This document shows positions 60,643 through 64,000 of a stretch of 64,000 nucleotides of DNA, in pieces. This stretch comes from Myxococcales bacterium. GTDB lineage: Bacteria; Myxococcota; Myxococcia; Myxococcales; 40CM-4-68-19. The position numbers were made by a program, and so were the translations under genes. The DNA lies in the NCBI GenBank assembly GCA_036488495.1, contig DASXHM010000125.1, forward strand, positions 24,560-88,559, in the 5' to 3' direction. Numbering within the stretch: position 1 is the first letter of the stretch; each line of letters starts with the position of its first letter. A model generated the notes under the pieces. It was not told the origin of the DNA and did no database searches. It was given only the letters and a program-made list of their open reading frames with translations.

Positions 60643-63030
60643 TCACTCTGCCCGCAGCGCCGAGGCGGGGTCGACGTGGGTCGCGCGCCGCGCGGGAAGG
60701 AACGAGGCGAGCGCAGCCACCAAAAGGAGCGCTCCGCCGACCACGAGGTAGGTGAGCGGATCGGTCGCGGAGATGCCGAAGAGGAAGCTGCGGAGAAAGC
60801 GCGTGGCGACGAGAGCGACGGCGCCACCTGCCGCCACTCCGAACAGCGAGAGCCGGACGCCTTCGCGCAGAACCATCGAGAGCACTTCGCCGCGGGCCGC
60901 CCCGAGCGCCATCCGCACCCCGATCTCACGCTGGCGAAGCACGACGCCATAGGAGACGACGCCGTAGATTCCCAGCGCCGCCAAGAGCAGCGCGGCGAGA
61001 GAGAAGCCTCCGAGCAGAGTGGCGGAGAGCCGGCGGGTGCCGACCGACGCCGCGAGCAGCTCGGTCATGGTGGGCATCTTCGCGACCGGCTGCTCCGGAT
61101 CCACTTCCAGCACCGCGGCCTTCACCAAAGACGTCAGCGCCTTGGGATCGCCGGTCGCGCGCACCACCATGTCGAGCCCTGCCCACGCCACCTGGTCGTA
61201 GGGAAAATCGATCTCCATCCGCGCCGGCTGGCTCAAGTCGTGCTGCTTCACGTCGGCGACGACGCCGACGATGGTCGCGTCGGTGTCCTTGGTGTGGAAG
61301 AAGCCCGCGTCGATGCGCTGGCCGACCGCGTCCTGGCCGGGAAAGATTTTCTTTGCCAGCGTCTCGTTGACCACCACCACCCGGGTCGGCTCGCTATCGC
61401 CGAAGACGCGGCCCTTCAGAATCGGGATCTGCATGGCGGAGAAATAGCCGCTCGTCACCATCCGCTTCTCGGCGAAGGGCTGTTCGTTCTCGGCGAGCGG
61501 CGGGCGGCCGACGATCTGGAAGTCGCCGATGGAAGTGTGGTCGCCCATCGGCAGCCCGCCGGTCACCCCTGCCGCGCGCACTCCGGGAAGAGCTGCGACG
61601 CGGGCGAGGAGATCGCGGACGAACTGGGCGCGCTTCTCCGGAGTCGGATACTTGCGGGCGGGAAGCTCCATCCGCACCGACAGCGCATGCTCGACGGCAA
61701 AGCCGGGATCCTCGTGCAGGACGCGGGTGAAGCTCTGGACCAGGAGCGCCGCGCCGATCAAGAGCAGGGTTGCGAGCGCGCTCTGGGCGACCACCAGCGC
61801 ATGGCGCGCCCTGCCCCGGCCGCTCGTCGCTCCCGCGCCCTCGCGCAGGTCGTCGTGCAGCTCGCCGCGGCCGGAAGCGACTGCGGGAAGCACGCCGATG
61901 GCGAGGCCGGTCAAGAGTGAGACCGTCGCGGCGAACACCAGCACGCGGACATCAAGCGGGGCTTCCTCGATGCGCGGCATCGACCGCGGCCAGGCGTGCA
62001 GCGCGATGTCCCTGCCCCAAAGCGCCAGCAAGAGTCCGACCGCGCCGCCCAAGAGCCCGATCAGCGCGCTCTCGATCAGGAGTTGCCGCGCGAGCCGCAT
62101 CCGGGAAGCGCCGAGCGCGCGCCGCACCGCGAACTCGCGCACCCGCCCGCTCGCCCGCGCGAGCAGGACGTTGGCGAGGTTGACGGCGGCGATGAGCAAG
62201 ACCATCCCCACCGCGCAGAGGAGAAGCCAGAGCAAGGGTGCCGAGCTTCCCCGCAGCGCTTGCCGCAAGGGACGGATGCGGGCGAGGTGGGTGGAATGCG
62301 CGGCTGCGCCCAGGTTCTTCGCCACCGCCGCAACTTCGGTCTGGCCGTGCTCGAGCGAAACGCCCGGCGCGAGGCGGGCGACGGCGTCGAAGAAGTGTGC
62401 GCCGCGCTCGTGGTTGACGTAGCGCTCCTCGAACGGCAACCAGACCTGGCCGGGGCCGGCCACCGTTCCGGCGGCGGGGTTGACCACTCCCACGAGCGTG
62501 TGGGCAACGCCGTCGAGATCGAGAGAGGTGCCCATCGGCGCATCGCCCAGCGAGGCGTGCCAGAACTCCTTCGAGACCATCGCCGCGGCAGGGCCGTGTT
62601 CCTGGTGCTCCTCGCTCGTGAAAGCGCGTCCGGCCACGGGCGGCGATCCGAGGACGTCGAAGAAGCCCCTGCTCACGTACCTCGCCACCACCCGCTGCGG
62701 GTCGCCGCGGCCGAGGAGCGCCATGTCCGAGCCGACGTATGCGGCAGCCCCCGCCACCACCTTGGCGTTGTCGCGCAGCTCGGTGAATTCGGGCCAGGAG
62801 AGATCGCCCGCGCCGCTCGCGTTCGGGTTCGGATCCACGTCCTCGAGCGACACCAGTTGCTCAGGCGCCGGGAACGGCAGCGGCTTCAAGAGGAGCGCGC
62901 TGACCACGCTGAAGATCGAGGTGACGCCGCCAATGGCGATGCCGAGCGTCAACACGGCGACCGCGGTCACTGCCGGGCTCTTGCGCAGGATGCGGAGCGC
63001 AAAGCGCAAGTCTTGGCGAAGGCTCTCCAT
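60643..63030 (-). CDS. ABC transporter permease, duplicated FtsX/MacB-type (ADOP family)
   Basis: ATG at 63030 (MESLRQDLRFALRILRKSPAVTAVAVLTLGIAIGGVTSIFSVV...). 795 aa, C-terminal ...DPASALRAE. The track ORF start at 63372 overlaps the upstream gene. Confidence 0.85.
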   Translation of the reverse strand: MESLRQDLRFALRILRKSPAVTAVAVLTLGIAIGGVTSIFSVVSALLLKPLPFPAPEQLVSLEDVDPNPNASGAGDLSWPEFTELRDNAKVVAGAAAYVGSDMALLGRGDPQRVVARYVSRGFFDVLGSPPVAGRAFTSEEHQEHGPAAAMVSKEFWHASLGDAPMGTSLDLDGVAHTLVGVVNPAAGTVAGPGQVWLPFEERYVNHERGAHFFDAVARLAPGVSLEHGQTEVAAVAKNLGAAAHSTHLARIRPLRQALRGSSAPLLWLLLCAVGMVLLIAAVNLANVLLARASGRVREFAVRRALGASRMRLARQLLIESALIGLLGGAVGLLLALWGRDIALHAWPRSMPRIEEAPLDVRVLVFAATVSLLTGLAIGVLPAVASGRGELHDDLREGAGATSGRGRARHALVVAQSALATLLLIGAALLVQSFTRVLHEDPGFAVEHALSVRMELPARKYPTPEKRAQFVRDLLARVAALPGVRAAGVTGGLPMGDHTSIGDFQIVGRPPLAENEQPFAEKRMVTSGYFSAMQIPILKGRVFGDSEPTRVVVVNETLAKKIFPGQDAVGQRIDAGFFHTKDTDATIVGVVADVKQHDLSQPARMEIDFPYDQVAWAGLDMVVRATGDPKALTSLVKAAVLEVDPEQPVAKMPTMTELLAASVGTRRLSATLLGGFSLAALLLAALGIYGVVSYGVVLRQREIGVRMALGAARGEVLSMVLREGVRLSLFGVAAGGAVALVATRFLRSFLFGISATDPLTYLVVGGALLLVAALASFLPARRATHVDPASALRAE

Positions 63031-63032
63031 CT

Positions 63033-64000
63033 TCACTCCGAGCGAAGTGCGTTCATGGGATCGGTGCGGGCCGCGCGCAGGGCCGGCAGGAAGCTCGCAC
63101 CCACCGCCAGCGCTCCGAGGAGCAGCGCGATGCTGCCGTACGTGAGCGGGTCGCGCGCCGAGACTCCGAAGAGCTGCGATTCGAGCACCTTCGACATCGC
63201 CAGTGCGACGAAGAGGCCGATGCCGACACCGATCGCCGCGAGCTTCGCCGCCGAGCGCAGCACCATCCGCACCACTTCGCCGGAGGTTGCGCCGACGGCA
63301 AGGCGCACGCCGATCTCCTTCGTGCGCTGGGTGACTCCGTAGGCCGTCACGCCGTAGATGCCCACCGCGCACAGCAGCACCGCGAGCAGCGCGAAGGCGC
63401 CGAAGAGCTGCAGCGGGAACCGGCGTGGGGCGAGCGCCGCCGAGATGCGCGATTCGAAGGATTCGACGAACTCCACCGGCTGCGTCACGTCGACTGCCGA
63501 CATCGCCTCGCGGATGGCCGAAAGCGAGCCGCCGCGGACCATCATCGTCATCGCGTCGTCGGGAAGCTGCGCCTGCGCTGCGTAGAGAACGGGTGGGGTC
63601 GGCTGATCGAGGCCCTTCTCGTGCGCGTCGCCGGCGACCCCGACGATGGTGTGCCAGGGAGACTTGTCGCCGCCCATCCGGATGCGCTTGCCGAGGACGT
63701 CCTGTCCGGGAAAGAAGCGGCGCACCCAGGCATCGTTGACGACCATCACGAAGGGCGCTTGGGCATCGTCCGCCGTCGAGAGCTCGCGGCCGCGCAACAC
63801 CGGAATGTGCATGGTGGCGAAGTACCCGGCGGTCACCCGGCGGAACTCGTCGTCGAGCCCGGGCTCTCCCGGACGCGGGACGTAGTTCTCGACCTTGTAG
63901 CTCCAGTCGGTGTGTCCTTCGAGCGGCGGCACGTTGACCGCGCCCGCCGACGAGACTCCGGGAATCGCCGTCACCCGGCGGAGCGCCTCGGTGAAGAAGG
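63033..64000 (-). CDS. ABC transporter permease (ADOP family), 5' end outside window
   Basis: The frame remains open to base 64000 (..FFTEALRRVTAIPGVSSAG..). C-terminal FtsX module and ...DPMNALRSE. The stop lies 3 nt before the next permease start. Confidence 0.8.
   Translation of the reverse strand, partial: FFTEALRRVTAIPGVSSAGAVNVPPLEGHTDWSYKVENYVPRPGEPGLDDEFRRVTAGYFATMHIPVLRGRELSTADDAQAPFVMVVNDAWVRRFFPGQDVLGKRIRMGGDKSPWHTIVGVAGDAHEKGLDQPTPPVLYAAQAQLPDDAMTMMVRGGSLSAIREAMSAVDVTQPVEFVESFESRISAALAPRRFPLQLFGAFALLAVLLCAVGIYGVTAYGVTQRTKEIGVRLAVGATSGEVVRMVLRSAAKLAAIGVGIGLFVALAMSKVLESQLFGVSARDPLTYGSIALLLGALAVGASFLPALRAARTDPMNALRSE

Overview
High-GC bacterial chromosome segment; gene content (an ACIII-type subunit next to a caa3 oxidase operon, ADOP-type duplicated ABC permeases, cysteine-rich and Ig-like repeat lipoproteins, NtrC-type regulators) suggests a Myxococcota- or Acidobacteria-like organism, but I cannot verify the taxon. 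I saw no rRNA, tRNA or CRISPR array. Layout: (1) 1-5.7 kb, core respiratory operon: ACIII membrane subunit, SCO1, coxB/A/C and subunit IV. (2) 5.7-10 kb, small envelope proteins, including a trypsin-like protein that lacks the catalytic Ser. (3) 10.2-13.6 kb, a lower-GC islet beside a serine-recombinase fragment, encoding a secreted Cys-pair tandem-repeat protein and an OmpA-like protein. (4) 13.6-37.3 kb, permease, outer-membrane and lipoprotein genes, a 1588-aa Ig-like/Kelch lipoprotein, a decayed toxin-antitoxin pair, a TetR/SDR pair, a LytS/LytTR two-component pair and a truncated serine recombinase. (5) 37.5-46.9 kb, the most interesting locus: a cysteine-rich repeat protein, a signal-peptide-bearing SpvB/TcB-like protein, a TcC-like RHS protein with an unassigned C-terminal payload, and a tightly coupled pentapeptide-repeat protein. 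No TcA-sized gene is present in the window. (6) 46.9-53.3 kb, a decaying accessory zone with an Imm26-like orphan immunity gene, tiny ORFs, a 1.2-kb cassette bracketed by 32-bp direct repeats, a frameshifted PQQ-like propeller and an HD-domain hydrolase. (7) 53.3-64 kb, a GGDEF-EAL protein and a minus-strand cluster of ADOP permeases, an ABC ATPase, an NtrC-type regulator, a histidine kinase and a second NtrC-type regulator. A structured dispersed repeat of about 300 nt occurs in at least five full or partial copies. Many long ORFs in the track are antisense or alternate-frame artefacts of high GC and are not called. All family assignments rest on motif recognition from memory, not database searches.
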